DNA of 64,000 nucleotides, taken from Bacillota bacterium. GTDB taxonomy: Bacteria > Bacillota > SHA-98 > UBA4971. The notes below the pieces were generated by a model. The model was not told the DNA's origin and ran no database searches. It worked only from the letters and a program-made list of their open reading frames with translations. Shown in pieces: positions 10,018-20,540 of the stretch; the stretch's first letter is position 1, and each line of letters begins with the position of its first letter. The translations under genes and the position numbers were made by a program. The stretch is from assembly GCA_050949175.1 (NCBI GenBank), contig JBMNFG010000009.1:895-64894 (forward strand), written 5' to 3'.

Positions 10018-10755
10018 TTGGGTTTTACCTGGAGTGCTGAAAAGGTCAAATGGTTTGAAAAGGCTCTTGAAACAGGTGAATATCCCCGGGTTTTTATGCC
10101 TATCCTTGAAACCATGATTGACAGGAAAAGTAGTGTGCTTGAGATTGCGGCAGGTGTCGGCCCGTTTTCCCGGATGCTGGCAAGCAGAGTGAAGAGCGTC
10201 ACTGCTTTGGAACCGTCAGATCTTGCCCTTGCGGCCCTTAGAGAGGCATCTATAGAAAAAGGTATTAGTAACATCCGGTATGTTGAATCTACCTGGGAAG
10301 AATGGCCGGATGAGGTTCACGATGTTATTATTGCAGCCTATGCAGGCGGCTCAGTCACAGGTTCAGAGGAGTCCCTTATCAGGCTCAATGCCTTAGCCAG
10401 GCGCGGGGTGTTGCTGGTTGCTCCTGTCAGCAGGGAGAGGAAGAATTTTGGTGTTGATTCCCTTTATGTGAGGTTAAACCGAGAGCCCCCTCTGCGCCGA
10501 GAATGCCCTCCGGATACGGAGGCTATCCTCAAGAGCCTCGGGATCTCTTTTGAGTCTGCTATCTACACTTATGAATTCGGACAACCTTTACAATCTATTG
10601 ATGAAGGTGTTAGGCTCATATCTTCTTATCATCAATTCGGCCCTGATGAAATGGAGATTGTAAGAGACTTTGTCAAGGAGAGCGTTGTCGAGACAGGCGA
10701 CGGTTATTATCTTCCGAACTTACGGACAAGCCGGGTATTCTATTGGTACACATAA
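10018..10755 (+). CDS. Class I SAM-dependent methyltransferase
   Basis: 245 aa. Motif I VLEIAAGVGPFS, followed by an acidic residue after the beta2 strand (VTALEPSD). Confidence 0.55.
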   Translation: MGFTWSAEKVKWFEKALETGEYPRVFMPILETMIDRKSSVLEIAAGVGPFSRMLASRVKSVTALEPSDLALAALREASIEKGISNIRYVESTWEEWPDEVHDVIIAAYAGGSVTGSEESLIRLNALARRGVLLVAPVSRERKNFGVDSLYVRLNREPPLRRECPPDTEAILKSLGISFESAIYTYEFGQPLQSIDEGVRLISSYHQFGPDEMEIVRDFVKESVVETGDGYYLPNLRTSRVFYWYT

Positions 10756-10769
10756 GGAGTTGAAGTTCT

Positions 10770-11057
10770 TTGGACTGGAAGCTGCTTGCACTTACTTTCG
10801 CTACTATCTTCGTGGCAGAGTTGGGGGATAAGACTCAACTTGCAGTGTTCACCCTTGTGGCGCAGCATCAAAAGATATTGCCGGTTTTCATTGGGGCGTC
10901 ATTAGCCCTCACCAGTGTGAGCCTGATTGGAGCAGTTTTCGGCTGCGTTGTCGGGAAGTTCATCCCTCAGGAGTATATCCAGGTAGTTGCCGGATTGCTT
11001 TTTGTAGGGCTGGGGATTATCATGCTTGTCAGGGCCTTCAGTAATATCATGGCTTAA
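10770..11057 (+). CDS. UPF0016/GDT1 (TMEM165-like) family putative cation (Mn2+/Ca2+) transporter, single-repeat half-size form
   Basis: 95 aa, 3 TM. Contains the signature E-x-G-D-K-T motif (AELGDKTQLAV). Confidence 0.7.
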   Translation: MDWKLLALTFATIFVAELGDKTQLAVFTLVAQHQKILPVFIGASLALTSVSLIGAVFGCVVGKFIPQEYIQVVAGLLFVGLGIIMLVRAFSNIMA

Positions 11058-11226
11058 GTTTGCATCACTGAGCGCGGCTACAGCGCCGGGCGGCACGGCA
11101 GCACGACTGTGCGCGTCACGAGACTGCCGGAACTCTTTGTCGCTGTAATGACGGCACCTTGTGTGGCCACGCGTATAAGAGCATACCGCTAGTAAATGTT
11201 GGAGACGGGAAGGGGAGAACCTCAAT

Positions 11227-11994
11227 ATGCTTCTCGCTCTTGATATCGGCAATACCCACATTATGGTCGGCGTATATAACGAGGCAGAACTTGTGACCTG
11301 TTACCGCATCTCAACAGATAGGCACAAGACCTCTGACGAATATGCAATGGTCTTGCATGCCTTGTTATCCTATGATGACATTGAGTTTAGCGAGGTTTCC
11401 GGGATCGCGATGTCATGTGTGGTTCCGCCGCTCACCGTTATATTCGAAGAGCTTTCTAAAAGGTATTTCAAGATAGAACCCCTCATTGTGGAGCCCGGGA
11501 TCAAGACAGGAATGGTCCTTCGCTACGAAAATCCCAGAGAAATCGGGGCAGACAGGATAGTCAATGCTGTTGCGGCTTATGAGAAATACCGCTCTTCCGT
11601 CATAATAGTGGATTTTGGCACAGCCACTACCTTTTGTGCAGTGTCAGAGGACGGGGAATACCTGGGGGGTGTGATATGTCCCGGGATTATGATTTCCAGT
11701 GAGGCGCTTTTTTCCAGGGCGGCACGGCTCCCCCGTGTAGAACTGGTGAGGCCTCCGACTGTTATCGGAAGAAACACAGTCAGGAGCATGCAATCAGGTC
11801 TCATCTACGGAGCGGTAGGCCAGGTCAACGAAATCGTCAGGCGAATAAAAGACGAGATGGGGACGGATCCGAAAGTCATCGCCACAGGAGGCCTGGCGCC
11901 TTTGATCGCTGAAGAAGCCGAGGAGATTGACGACATCGATGTTAACTTAACCCTTGAAGGCTTACGCATCATATACGAGAGAAACAATTCGTAA
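11227..11994 (+). CDS. coaX: Type III pantothenate kinase
   Basis: 255 aa. N-terminus MLLALDIGNTHIMVGVY, ASKHA fold motifs (IIVDFGTATTF, ATGGLA). Confidence 0.9.
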   Translation: MLLALDIGNTHIMVGVYNEAELVTCYRISTDRHKTSDEYAMVLHALLSYDDIEFSEVSGIAMSCVVPPLTVIFEELSKRYFKIEPLIVEPGIKTGMVLRYENPREIGADRIVNAVAAYEKYRSSVIIVDFGTATTFCAVSEDGEYLGGVICPGIMISSEALFSRAARLPRVELVRPPTVIGRNTVRSMQSGLIYGAVGQVNEIVRRIKDEMGTDPKVIATGGLAPLIAEEAEEIDDIDVNLTLEGLRIIYERNNS

Positions 11995-12052
11995 GAACAT
12001 TTCCCCGGGTCTGCGGCAGATCGGCCGGCCCGGGGATTTTTCCACGATCGCA

Positions 12053-12832
12053 TCAATAGTGCCCAAGTAAACCGCGGTCTTTGGCGATGTTTTCGCAGAC
12101 AGAGAATATCACAACTCCGATAGCAAAGTACGCGGCGCCCACCAAGAGTGCTGTCAGAACGGATCCGGTTGGAAGCTCCCAAAGGCGGGCTCCGTCTACC
12201 ATTACATCATAGATGAGGGAGTTGCCCAGTGAGAGCGGGAGGAATTTTGCCCAGGGAAGCCTCTGCGGTACAACGAGAAACCCGATTAACACGAACTGAA
12301 ACACCTGGAAGATGGCTTGCAGTCTCTTATATACAAGAGCAAGGCCGCCCAGAGCGAACCCGAATCCGTAGGCTCCCAGAATCGTAATGAGCAACAGCGG
12401 AACCAGGCTGATAAAGTCCAGATTCAGCCATTGTCCTGTGGTAGCCATCATTACGACGAGTAATAGCACAACAGGAACAAAGTTCAAGGCCAGGTTCGAT
12501 ATAACCGTGCAGCCGGCTACCCACTTAAACCCTGCGGGCGTGAGGTATAGTTGTTCTAACGTGCCCGCTTGCGCTTCAACTATGAGGCTCCAAGCCAGGT
12601 CTGAATAAGCGATCACAGAGAATGTCCAGACGAAAAACCCGATGACAGTGCCTTCCAGCGTTCCCTCAAGAGCTCCAATAGCAGCGTAGCTTGAGAGGCC
12701 TTTGATGCCCAAGAAGATAAAGAGAAAGATTATGTATATGGAAACCAATGACGAGACTGTGTTGACTATGTACCTCCTCATCATTGCCCAATCTCGCTGG
12801 AGAATAGCAACGAGAATGCTAACTGGATTCAT
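12053..12832 (-). CDS. ABC-2 type transporter permease
   Basis: 6-TM hydrophobic protein. Start trimmed to ATG at 12832 (MNPVSILVAIL...) so it overlaps the upstream ATPase stop by about 14 nt (translational coupling). Confidence 0.6.
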   Translation of the reverse strand: MNPVSILVAILQRDWAMMRRYIVNTVSSLVSIYIIFLFIFLGIKGLSSYAAIGALEGTLEGTVIGFFVWTFSVIAYSDLAWSLIVEAQAGTLEQLYLTPAGFKWVAGCTVISNLALNFVPVVLLLVVMMATTGQWLNLDFISLVPLLLITILGAYGFGFALGGLALVYKRLQAIFQVFQFVLIGFLVVPQRLPWAKFLPLSLGNSLIYDVMVDGARLWELPTGSVLTALLVGAAYFAIGVVIFSVCENIAKDRGLLGHY

Positions 12833-13802
12833 GATTGTTCCGCTCCCTCCTGACAATCTCGAGAAACGCCTTCTCGAGGTCAGTCTCCTCGTTGGAGATT
12901 TCATCGATAATCGCACCTCTGTCACGCAAGATGTCCATCAGTGTGTAGATATCATCGTTTTCGAGGAGATTGACTCTGACTTCTGTCCTTCTTCCGTCCC
13001 CGGTTACAGTCGCTCCTTTAAATCTAGATGCCAGAGCTTCCTCTAGCCCTTCAGGGACCGGTTCAAGCAGAATGATCCTGTATGCTTTTGTTTTGAAGAG
13101 GCTCACCAGATCGCTGATGTGATCGTCTGCTACTATTCGTCCCTGGGACAGGATGATTACGCGCCTGCACACATCCTGTATTACGTCCATATTGTGGGAA
13201 CTTACGATAATGGTGCGGTTTTCTTCGGAAGCCAGTTGCTTCAACACATGCCGGAGCTCAAGGGATGTTTCCACATCCAGGCCCAGGGTGGGCTCGTCCA
13301 GAAAGACAACGGGCGTTCGTCGTGCCAGTGTACACACGATACTGGTTTTTTGCTTCATACCCTGTGACAGTTTCCTGACTTCGGCATTTCTCTTATCTTC
13401 TAGAGAGAAGAGCCGGATAAGGTTTTCAAAATGCGCCTTATCTTCACGTGATGTCACCCCGTGGAGCCGTGCAAAGAAGAGAATATTCTCCCAGACTGTT
13501 AACCGCCAATACAAATTCCTGCTACCTTCTAAGACTGCACTCATGTTCCTGAGCACGCGCGGGTAGCAGGCTTCCACGTTCTCACCGAAGACTCTGATCT
13601 CGCCTGTATCAGGGCGCATTAGGCCCAGGATGCATTTGATTGTGGTGGTCTTTCCTGCTCCGTTTGGTCCTAGAAGGCCCAACACTTCGCCCTGGTTGAC
13701 CTGGAAACTGATACTATCTACCGCTTTAACGCTTTTGTTGCCTCTTTCGTGGAATACTTTGGTGAGGGATTTTACGTCCAGTGCGGTTGTTGCTGCGCCC
13801 AA
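12819..13802 (-). CDS. ABC transporter ATP-binding protein (ABC-2/export type)
   Basis: 327 aa. Walker A GLLGPNGAGKTT, signature LSQGMKQK, Walker B VVFLDEPTLGLD, H-loop. Confidence 0.85.
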   Translation of the reverse strand: MGAATTALDVKSLTKVFHERGNKSVKAVDSISFQVNQGEVLGLLGPNGAGKTTTIKCILGLMRPDTGEIRVFGENVEACYPRVLRNMSAVLEGSRNLYWRLTVWENILFFARLHGVTSREDKAHFENLIRLFSLEDKRNAEVRKLSQGMKQKTSIVCTLARRTPVVFLDEPTLGLDVETSLELRHVLKQLASEENRTIIVSSHNMDVIQDVCRRVIILSQGRIVADDHISDLVSLFKTKAYRIILLEPVPEGLEEALASRFKGATVTGDGRRTEVRVNLLENDDIYTLMDILRDRGAIIDEISNEETDLEKAFLEIVRRERNNHESS

Positions 13803-13989
13803 TTAAACTCACCCCCTGGGGACAAATTTGAAAAAGTGCCTGGCACAGACAGAACAGGCAGATTTCCGGTGCGTTCCTTGAGGGCTTATGCGGGCTGTGG
13901 ACTCTGATAAGTTGGGCATAGCTTCGGAAGGATCTAATCTAACCTAATCCGGATCGGTCTTGGGATATTATCGGTGCACCGGTATACTC

Positions 13990-14110
13990 ACATAAACCAA
14001 TCGCGGCAGATCAAATGTAACAAAACAACTGTCATAAATCAACTGAGCCAAACCAAATATAGCAAAGCAACTACCATAGGCCAAATGCGGCAAATCAAAC
14101 GCAACGTGTA
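13990..14110. repeat. CA-rich low-complexity tract with about 3 imperfect 30-bp repeats (CAAAT...CAAA..CAAC)
   Basis: Seen directly: ...cagatcaaatgtaacaaaacaactg...agccaaaccaaatatagcaaagcaactac...ggccaaatgcggcaaatcaaacgcaacg, in the divergent region between the ABC ATPase gene and hflX. Confidence 0.4.
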
Positions 14111-14205
14111 CCGTTGACGGTGTTGAGGTGTTGAAACTGAGGTGACAGAGCTCGGAAACAAATGTATGATTATCATTAAAGAACTACAGGTGTCACTGCT
14201 TCCGG

Positions 14206-15453
14206 TTGGCGGGAGTAGGAGACTTCCGGTGCAATGTTGGAGGTGAACGCATCCTGGAGACACCGCGCGAAAAGGCCATCGCCGTCGGACTTGAATTGCC
14301 GGGAACGCAGTGGTGGGAGACTGAGGATTCGATCAATGAGTTAGCTGAATTAGCTTCCACAGCCGGTGCTGAAGTGGTCGTAAAGGTGATCCAGCGCCGC
14401 AACAAGCCTGATCCCGCCTATTACATAGGGAAAGGCAAAGCGGAGGAGCTGGCAGTGCTCGCTATCACTCTCCATGCTGACGTAATAATTTTCGATGATG
14501 AGCTGTCTCCTGCTCAACAGCGTAACCTTGAAAACATTCTGCAAAGGAAAGTCATTGACAGGACTTGGCTTATCTTAGACATATTTGCAGCCAGAGCTGC
14601 AAGTAAAGAAGGAAAGATTCAGGTGGAGCTTGCACAGCTTTATTATTTGCTCCCCAGGCTCGTCGGTAAGGGTACTTCCCTATCAAGGCTCGGAGGAGGT
14701 ATAGGGACAAGAGGCCCGGGAGAGACGAAACTCGAGGTTGACAGGAGGCGGATAAGGAAGCGCATCTCCGTCCTTAGAAAGGAACTTGAAGAAATCGCAA
14801 AGAGACGCGGCCTCCAGAGATCTACCCGGAGCAAATCAGGATTGCCTCTTGTATCGCTCGTAGGTTACACAAATGCAGGGAAATCCACGCTGTTTAATGC
14901 TTTAACAAACTCAGAGGTATTTGTTGAGGACAAGCTTTTTGCTACGCTGGATCCGACGATAAGAAGGCGTTACCTGCCTTCCGGTAAGTTCATATTGCTC
15001 GCCGATACTGTCGGGTTTATCAGAAAACTCCCGCATGAGCTCATAGCAGCGTTTCGAGCTACGCTCGAGGAAGCGGCCAATTCAGACCTCTTGATTCACG
15101 TGGTAGATGCCAGTCATCCCGGCAAGGATGAGCACTGTGAGGCAGTGGAAGAAGTCCTCAATACTCTGGGCATCTCTGATAAACCAATCATTACTTGCCT
15201 CAATAAGATAGACCTTATACCAGGAAGCATGGAGCGAGAGCGTATTAGGCTTGATCACCCAGGAGCGGTCCTTGTGTCCGCTGAAACAGGTGAGGGGCTT
15301 GATGAGCTCCTGCATGCCATTTCAAACATACTTGAAGACGGTGCCTTACCGCGAAGCAGGGAAGTATCTCGGAATGCCGAGGCCGCCAAGATCGAGAATT
15401 CCTTCGGCAAGCCGCCGGAGATGACTGACCAGGCACCGAAGATCACTGAATAG
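14206..15453 (+). CDS. hflX: GTPase HflX
   Basis: N-terminal HflX domain ([12 protein letters not shown]...), G1 motif [16 protein letters not shown]3 DTVGF, G4 NKID. Confidence 0.9.
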   Translation: MAGVGDFRCNVGGERILETPREKAIAVGLELPGTQWWETEDSINELAELASTAGAEVVVKVIQRRNKPDPAYYIGKGKAEELAVLAITLHADVIIFDDELSPAQQRNLENILQRKVIDRTWLILDIFAARAASKEGKIQVELAQLYYLLPRLVGKGTSLSRLGGGIGTRGPGETKLEVDRRRIRKRISVLRKELEEIAKRRGLQRSTRSKSGLPLVSLVGYTNAGKSTLFNALTNSEVFVEDKLFATLDPTIRRRYLPSGKFILLADTVGFIRKLPHELIAAFRATLEEAANSDLLIHVVDASHPGKDEHCEAVEEVLNTLGISDKPIITCLNKIDLIPGSMERERIRLDHPGAVLVSAETGEGLDELLHAISNILEDGALPRSREVSRNAEAAKIENSFGKPPEMTDQAPKITE

Positions 15454-15504
15454 CCAATGATAAACGAACGCACAAGGACACGCGATTGAGGTGCAGATAT
15501 TGAG

Positions 15505-16500
15505 ATGACAGCAAAGAGGAGACTGCCTTTCAGCGAAACCGATCTTCCTGGCCAAGTGCTGGTTGCACTGGCTCCCATGGCAGGAGTCACTGATCAGGCG
15601 TACCGGCTGATTGTGAAAGAGATGGGTTGCCCCCTTGTTTATACTGAGATGATTTCTGACAAAGCGCTGGTATACGGAAATCAAAAAACCAAAGATATGC
15701 TTCGCATTTCTGATACAGAGCGCCCTATTGCGATACAGTTGTTCGGGAGCGAGCCCGAAATCATGGCGCAAGCAGCTAAAATAATACAAGATGTGGCCTC
15801 GCCCGAGATTATCGATATAAATATGGGCTGTCCGACCCCTAAGATTGTAAAAAACAAAGAAGGCGCAGCATTAATGCGGAATGTACCTCTGGCCGGCAAA
15901 ATCGCGGAATCCATCGCATCTGCAGTGGACATCCCGGTCACAGTCAAGATGAGAGCAGGGTGGGACGAGGATCTAATAAACGCAGTTGAACTTGGCAAAA
16001 CAGTTGAAGCAGCCGGTGCCTCCCTCCTGACAGTCCATGGCCGAACCCGGGAGCAGTTTTATTCAGGCACAGCTGACTGGAACATAATCAGAGACGTGAA
16101 GGAAGCCGTATCAATCCCTGTCATCGGCAATGGAGATATCCGCTCTCCGCAGGATGCCGAAAGAATGCTTGCCGCAACCGGTTGCGATGGGGTAATGATT
16201 GGCAGGGCAGCGTTGGGTAATCCCTGGCTGATCAGGGATATTGTCACATTCCTCCGTACAGGTACAGAACCTCCGCCCCCTACAAACGAAGAACGGGCTC
16301 AAATGGCTATTAGGCACTTAGACATGCTTATTGAGCTTGTAGGAGAGAAAACCGCTGTTCTCAAAATGCGGAAACATGCTGCATGGTACGTCCGAGGCAT
16401 CCGAGGTGCCTCATCAGCCCGTATTAGCATTAACGAAGCTAAAACCAGAGATGAAATGGCCCGGGCTTTAAAGCTTGCATTTCTTGGGACGTATTGTTAG
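15505..16500 (+). CDS. dusB: tRNA-dihydrouridine synthase B
   Basis: 331 aa. [18 protein letters not shown]-binding TIM-barrel motifs of the Dus family. Confidence 0.9.
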   Translation: MTAKRRLPFSETDLPGQVLVALAPMAGVTDQAYRLIVKEMGCPLVYTEMISDKALVYGNQKTKDMLRISDTERPIAIQLFGSEPEIMAQAAKIIQDVASPEIIDINMGCPTPKIVKNKEGAALMRNVPLAGKIAESIASAVDIPVTVKMRAGWDEDLINAVELGKTVEAAGASLLTVHGRTREQFYSGTADWNIIRDVKEAVSIPVIGNGDIRSPQDAERMLAATGCDGVMIGRAALGNPWLIRDIVTFLRTGTEPPPPTNEERAQMAIRHLDMLIELVGEKTAVLKMRKHAAWYVRGIRGASSARISINEAKTRDEMARALKLAFLGTYC

Positions 16501-16597
16501 AATTGTGCTGTGCACAAATATGTAAACATTGATACGGGGGTAGATTGCTCTGGAGTTTGTGCGCATAGGGGATAAGCTGATAGACAAAGGGCGCTTG

Positions 16598-17080
16598 ATG
16601 AAGACTGTCGAGAGGATTCTGGATCTCAGGTCGCGCGGGTTGTCACAGCAGGAGACCGCAGACAGAATTGGCATAGACAGGGTCTTTGTCTCACGCCTGG
16701 AGAGCCTCGGTGAGGTCCGGAAAGGCGGCAGAGTGGCGCTGGTCGGTTTCCCTGTAGGTAACAAGGACGACCTCTACAAAGTAGCCAAGGAAGAAGGCGT
16801 AGACTTTGTACTTCTCTTAGACGATGAGGAGCGGTGGAGATTTGTCCGGGATAGGTCCGGCCTTGAAGTCCTCAATGAAATAATGGCGATTATAAGTAAA
16901 CTCAGAGTCTACGATGTGGTGATCTTTATTGGCTCGGATATGAGGTGCAACCTTGTGGAATCTATTCTCGGAAACCGGGTGATAAGTGTTGTCGTAGGTG
17001 CATCCCCGATTAAACAGGACGCAAAGATAGATCCGGAAGATATCCGCAGGATTATTCGGGAAGTCTCTTCTCCGGATTGA
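16598..17080 (+). CDS. Hypothetical HTH-containing protein (sigma-70 region-4-like helix-turn-helix at N-terminus)
   Basis: Start taken at ATG 16598 (MKTVERILDLRSRGLSQQETADRIGIDRVFVSRLE); the remainder has no recognised domain. Confidence 0.4.
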   Translation: MKTVERILDLRSRGLSQQETADRIGIDRVFVSRLESLGEVRKGGRVALVGFPVGNKDDLYKVAKEEGVDFVLLLDDEERWRFVRDRSGLEVLNEIMAIISKLRVYDVVIFIGSDMRCNLVESILGNRVISVVVGASPIKQDAKIDPEDIRRIIREVSSPD

Positions 17081-17090
17081 ACATCAATTT

Positions 17091-18083
17091 GTGAGATCGT
17101 TGAATTCTCCAGGAATCGTTGTGGTTATCCGGACTTCATTTACATTATTTGCATTCCATTTTGAAACGGGGGCGGGCCATTTGAAGCACGTAGTCGGTGT
17201 GAGCCTTGGTTCCTCAACACGAGATCACAAGGCTCAAGTTACATTTCTGGGAGAGGAAATCATACTTGAGCGTCGCGGGACTAGTGGCGACGTTCAAAAA
17301 GCTATAGAACTTATTCGCAGCCTCGACGGAAAGGTCGATGCCATAGGGTTAGGCGGAACAGACAGATGGTTCTTCCTGGGGAACAAGCGGTATACTCTGT
17401 GGCAAGCTGACCGAATGGCCAGAGTGGCGAAAGTGACTCCTGTGGCTGACGGAAGCATGCTTAAGGGAGTCATTGAACGCAGAGCTGTTGAGTATATCCG
17501 CGATGAGGAAGGGATGCCTCTTCAAGGCAAGAACGCATTTATCACTTCTGCCATGGACAGATATGGCATGGCTTCTGCGCTCTATGAGTCCGGGTGCAAA
17601 TTGAAAATCGGCGACTTGGCGTTTGCTCTGGGAATCCCCATTTTCTTTGGGAGTCTCTCCACGTTGAAGGTGCTTGCTGCTGTGTTGATGCCTGTCCTCA
17701 GTCACTTGCCCATCCAGGTGCTCTATCCTACCGGCAAGAGCCAGGAACAAGTCGTTCCAAAGTTTCCCTCCATATACCAATGGGCGGATATCATCGGAGG
17801 CGATTGCCATTTCATCAAGAGGCACATGCCAGACGATCTTTCGGGGAAAATTATCATAACAAATACTGTGACTGAAAACGATGTTGAAGCTTTCAGGGCG
17901 CGCGGAGTGAAGACTCTTGTCGTCTCCACCCCTGAATTCAATGGGAGATCTTTTGCAACTAATGTAATAGATGCAATGCTTGTAGCCATTACAGGACGCA
18001 ACCCCGAGGATTTCACACCCTCTGATTACCTGGATATTTTAACAAAACTGGACTTCCGCCCCAGGATCGAAGAGTTGCGGTAG
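17091..18083 (+). CDS. Conserved hypothetical protein (family sometimes annotated 'quinate 5-dehydrogenase-like' in Clostridia-type genomes)
   Basis: 330-aa ORF. The true start is probably internal (TTG around 17185, KHVVGVSLGSS...). No catalytic motif recognised; assignment is weak. Confidence 0.3.
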   Translation: MRSLNSPGIVVVIRTSFTLFAFHFETGAGHLKHVVGVSLGSSTRDHKAQVTFLGEEIILERRGTSGDVQKAIELIRSLDGKVDAIGLGGTDRWFFLGNKRYTLWQADRMARVAKVTPVADGSMLKGVIERRAVEYIRDEEGMPLQGKNAFITSAMDRYGMASALYESGCKLKIGDLAFALGIPIFFGSLSTLKVLAAVLMPVLSHLPIQVLYPTGKSQEQVVPKFPSIYQWADIIGGDCHFIKRHMPDDLSGKIIITNTVTENDVEAFRARGVKTLVVSTPEFNGRSFATNVIDAMLVAITGRNPEDFTPSDYLDILTKLDFRPRIEELR

Positions 18084-18293
18084 TTGCACATAATAACGAG
18101 ACCTTCCGGTTGGATTCCGGCTGACTCTGAATTCAAGCTGAGTCCTTGACAATGAGTAGGTCAGAAGCCATAATATTGGCATGCGATCAGGCGTCGCGCG
18201 ATTAGCGTATTCCAAAGCACGGCTGTGCTTGGCTATATCGGGCGATGTCAAGATGTACAAGGAAAAGCCATTGGCTAAGGAGGAATCAGAAGT

Positions 18294-18773
18294 ATGGCAG
18301 GGTCGCAAAAGGTAGTTTTGACTTTAGAGGGACTCAAGAAGCTTGAAAAGGAACTAGAGTACCTTAAGACTACCAGGCGGCGCGAAGTGGCTGCGAGAAT
18401 CAAGGATGCCAAGGCTTTCGGCGATATCACGGACAACTCAGAATACGAAGATGCCAAGAACGAGCAGGCATTTGTTGAAGGACGGATTGCACAGCTTGAA
18501 ACTATGCTGAGAAACGCCGAAGTCATTGATGAAGACGAACTGGATACAGAGACCGTTAACCTGGGTTCAAGGGTAAAGCTGAAAGATATGACTGGGGGAG
18601 AGGTCTTTGAATATATAATCGTCGGTTCAGCAGAGGCTAACCCCGCTCAGTGCCGGATATCAAACGAATCTCCCGTTGGCAAGGCGATTATGGGTAAGCC
18701 TGTAGGCACTATCGTAGACGTTGCTGCGCCTATGGGGACTCTTAAGTTCCAAGTCCTAGAGATTTCGAGGTGA
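18294..18773 (+). CDS. greA: Transcription elongation factor GreA
   Basis: 159 aa. N-terminal coiled coil with acidic tip, and C-terminal FKBP-like domain. Confidence 0.9.
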   Translation: MAGSQKVVLTLEGLKKLEKELEYLKTTRRREVAARIKDAKAFGDITDNSEYEDAKNEQAFVEGRIAQLETMLRNAEVIDEDELDTETVNLGSRVKLKDMTGGEVFEYIIVGSAEANPAQCRISNESPVGKAIMGKPVGTIVDVAAPMGTLKFQVLEISR

Positions 18774-18777
18774 TAAG

Positions 18778-20286
18778 ATGTACTCTGAAGGCAACGGAGG
18801 GAACGAGGAAGGATTACACGAGTTAACTCAGGATAGCGAACACGTTCGAGTTCGGTTGAAAAAGCTGGAAACCCTCCGGGCTAAAGGCATCGATCCTTTC
18901 GGAGCAAGATTCGAGCGAACTCATCTCAGTAAAGAAATTATAGACGATTTTTCCAGCCTTGAGGGAAGCACCGTGAAAATAGCAGGCCGGATAATGGCAA
19001 TGCGCACTCACGGTAAGGCAACTTTCGCAGATATCATGGATCTCTCCGGGCGAATCCAACTCTATGCAAAAGTTGATTCCTTAGGTGAGGACGCCTATGA
19101 GCTTTTCACATCTTTGGATATCGGCGATATTATAGGTGTCATAGGCAAGGTGTTCCGCACCAGGAGGGGAGAAGTAAGCATTGAGATAGACGAGTTTACT
19201 CTCCTTTGTAAATCCCTCCGCCCGTTGCCTGAGAAGTGGCATGGCCTCGTTGATGTGGATCTTCGATACAGGCACCGGCATCTAGACCTTATAGTCAATC
19301 CCGATGTCAGGCGGGTCTTTCTCCAGCGCACAGCTATAATCAAGGCGATCAGGGAATTCCTTGATTCCCGGGGTTACATAGAAGTTGAGACGTCTTCTTT
19401 GCACCCCATTCCCGGAGGAGCAAGTGCAAGGCCTTTCATTACACACCACAATGCCCTTGATATGGACCTCTATATGCGGATCGCTCTGGAGCTCCACCTA
19501 AAGCGTCTGATCGTAGGCGGGCTGGAGAAAGTCTACGAGATCGGCCGCGTATACAGAAATGAAGGAATATCAACTAAGCACAATCCTGAATTCACCATGC
19601 TTGAGCTTTATGAAGCTTACGCGGATTATACCGATATGATGAATATTGCCGAAAACCTCATCCACCATGTAGCCGTTAAGGTGCTGGGTGCCCCTGTGGT
19701 AAAGTGCGGAGGCATGGAAATAGATCTTACGCCACCTTGGCCAAGGCTGACTATGGTCGATGCGGTTACGAAGTATACAGGTGTAGACTTTACTAAGATC
19801 GAGACTGATGAGGACGCGCTTTCTGCTGCTGATTCCTTGGGCGTTGAAATAGCAGGAAAAGACAGTTCCCGTGGGGCTGTTCTGGCGGAGATCTATGATA
19901 AGCTGGTAGAACCGAGACTCATGACGCCTACCTTTATCATCGACTATCCGATAGAGGTATCGCCCCTTGCCAGAAGAAAGAAAGATGATCCTCGTTATAC
20001 TTACAGGTTCGAATTGATTATCTGCGGCCGTGAAATGGCGAACGCATTCAGCGAGCTAAATGACCCGATCGATCAGCGGAAACGCTTCGCGGCCCAGGTT
20101 TCGCTGCGCGATAAAGGCGATGAAGAAGCCCATATGATGGATGAGGACTTCTTGTTTGCCCTTGAACACGGTATGCCGCCGACAGGAGGCATGGGGATTG
20201 GGATTGACAGATTGGTGATGCTCATTACCAATCAGGAATCAATCAGAGATGTAATCCTGTTCCCGACGATGCGTCCGCGTGCTTAG
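18778..20286 (+). CDS. lysS: Lysine--tRNA ligase (class II)
   Basis: 502 aa. OB anticodon-binding domain followed by class II core motifs ([17 protein letters not shown]). Confidence 0.95.
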   Translation: MYSEGNGGNEEGLHELTQDSEHVRVRLKKLETLRAKGIDPFGARFERTHLSKEIIDDFSSLEGSTVKIAGRIMAMRTHGKATFADIMDLSGRIQLYAKVDSLGEDAYELFTSLDIGDIIGVIGKVFRTRRGEVSIEIDEFTLLCKSLRPLPEKWHGLVDVDLRYRHRHLDLIVNPDVRRVFLQRTAIIKAIREFLDSRGYIEVETSSLHPIPGGASARPFITHHNALDMDLYMRIALELHLKRLIVGGLEKVYEIGRVYRNEGISTKHNPEFTMLELYEAYADYTDMMNIAENLIHHVAVKVLGAPVVKCGGMEIDLTPPWPRLTMVDAVTKYTGVDFTKIETDEDALSAADSLGVEIAGKDSSRGAVLAEIYDKLVEPRLMTPTFIIDYPIEVSPLARRKKDDPRYTYRFELIICGREMANAFSELNDPIDQRKRFAAQVSLRDKGDEEAHMMDEDFLFALEHGMPPTGGMGIGIDRLVMLITNQESIRDVILFPTMRPRA

Positions 20287-20381
20287 GCGGGCTGTCTAAG
20301 GCCATTCTTGGCGGCCGTCTTTGGCGTGCCTATGCCAGGTAGGCGCCGAATGTGGCCGGACAGGTCGTTGGCGTGGCGCCC

Positions 20382-20411
20382 TTGACTTAGGACAAGAGGA
20401 TATGCTACTAT
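20382..20411 (+). promoter_or_regulatory. Sigma-70-type promoter for tRNA-Ala (TTGACT - 18 nt - TACTAT)
   Basis: TTGACT at 20382-20387 and TACTAT at 20406-20411, about 20 nt before the tRNA 5' end. Confidence 0.45.
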
Positions 20412-20431
20412 CTGAGCCAGGAAGACTAGGT

Positions 20432-20507
20432 GGGGACGTAGCTCAGTTGGGAGAGCGCGTGAATCGCACTCACGAGGCCGGGAGTTCGAATCTCCTCGTC
20501 TCCACCA
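20432..20507 (+). tRNA. tRNA-Ala (anticodon CGC)
   Basis: 76-nt cloverleaf GGGGACGTAGCTCAGTTGGGAGAGC...CTCGTCTCCACCA; G3:U70 alanine identity pair; anticodon loop ATCGCAC; encoded CCA. Confidence 0.9.
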
Positions 20508-20540
20508 GATTAAAACACTGTTTGACGGTTCAGTCATCCT

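Noticed and set aside
10756-10769. yybP-ykoY manganese riboswitch ahead of the UPF0016 gene
   Set aside because: Only 14 nt separate it from the upstream methyltransferase gene; there is no room for a riboswitch.
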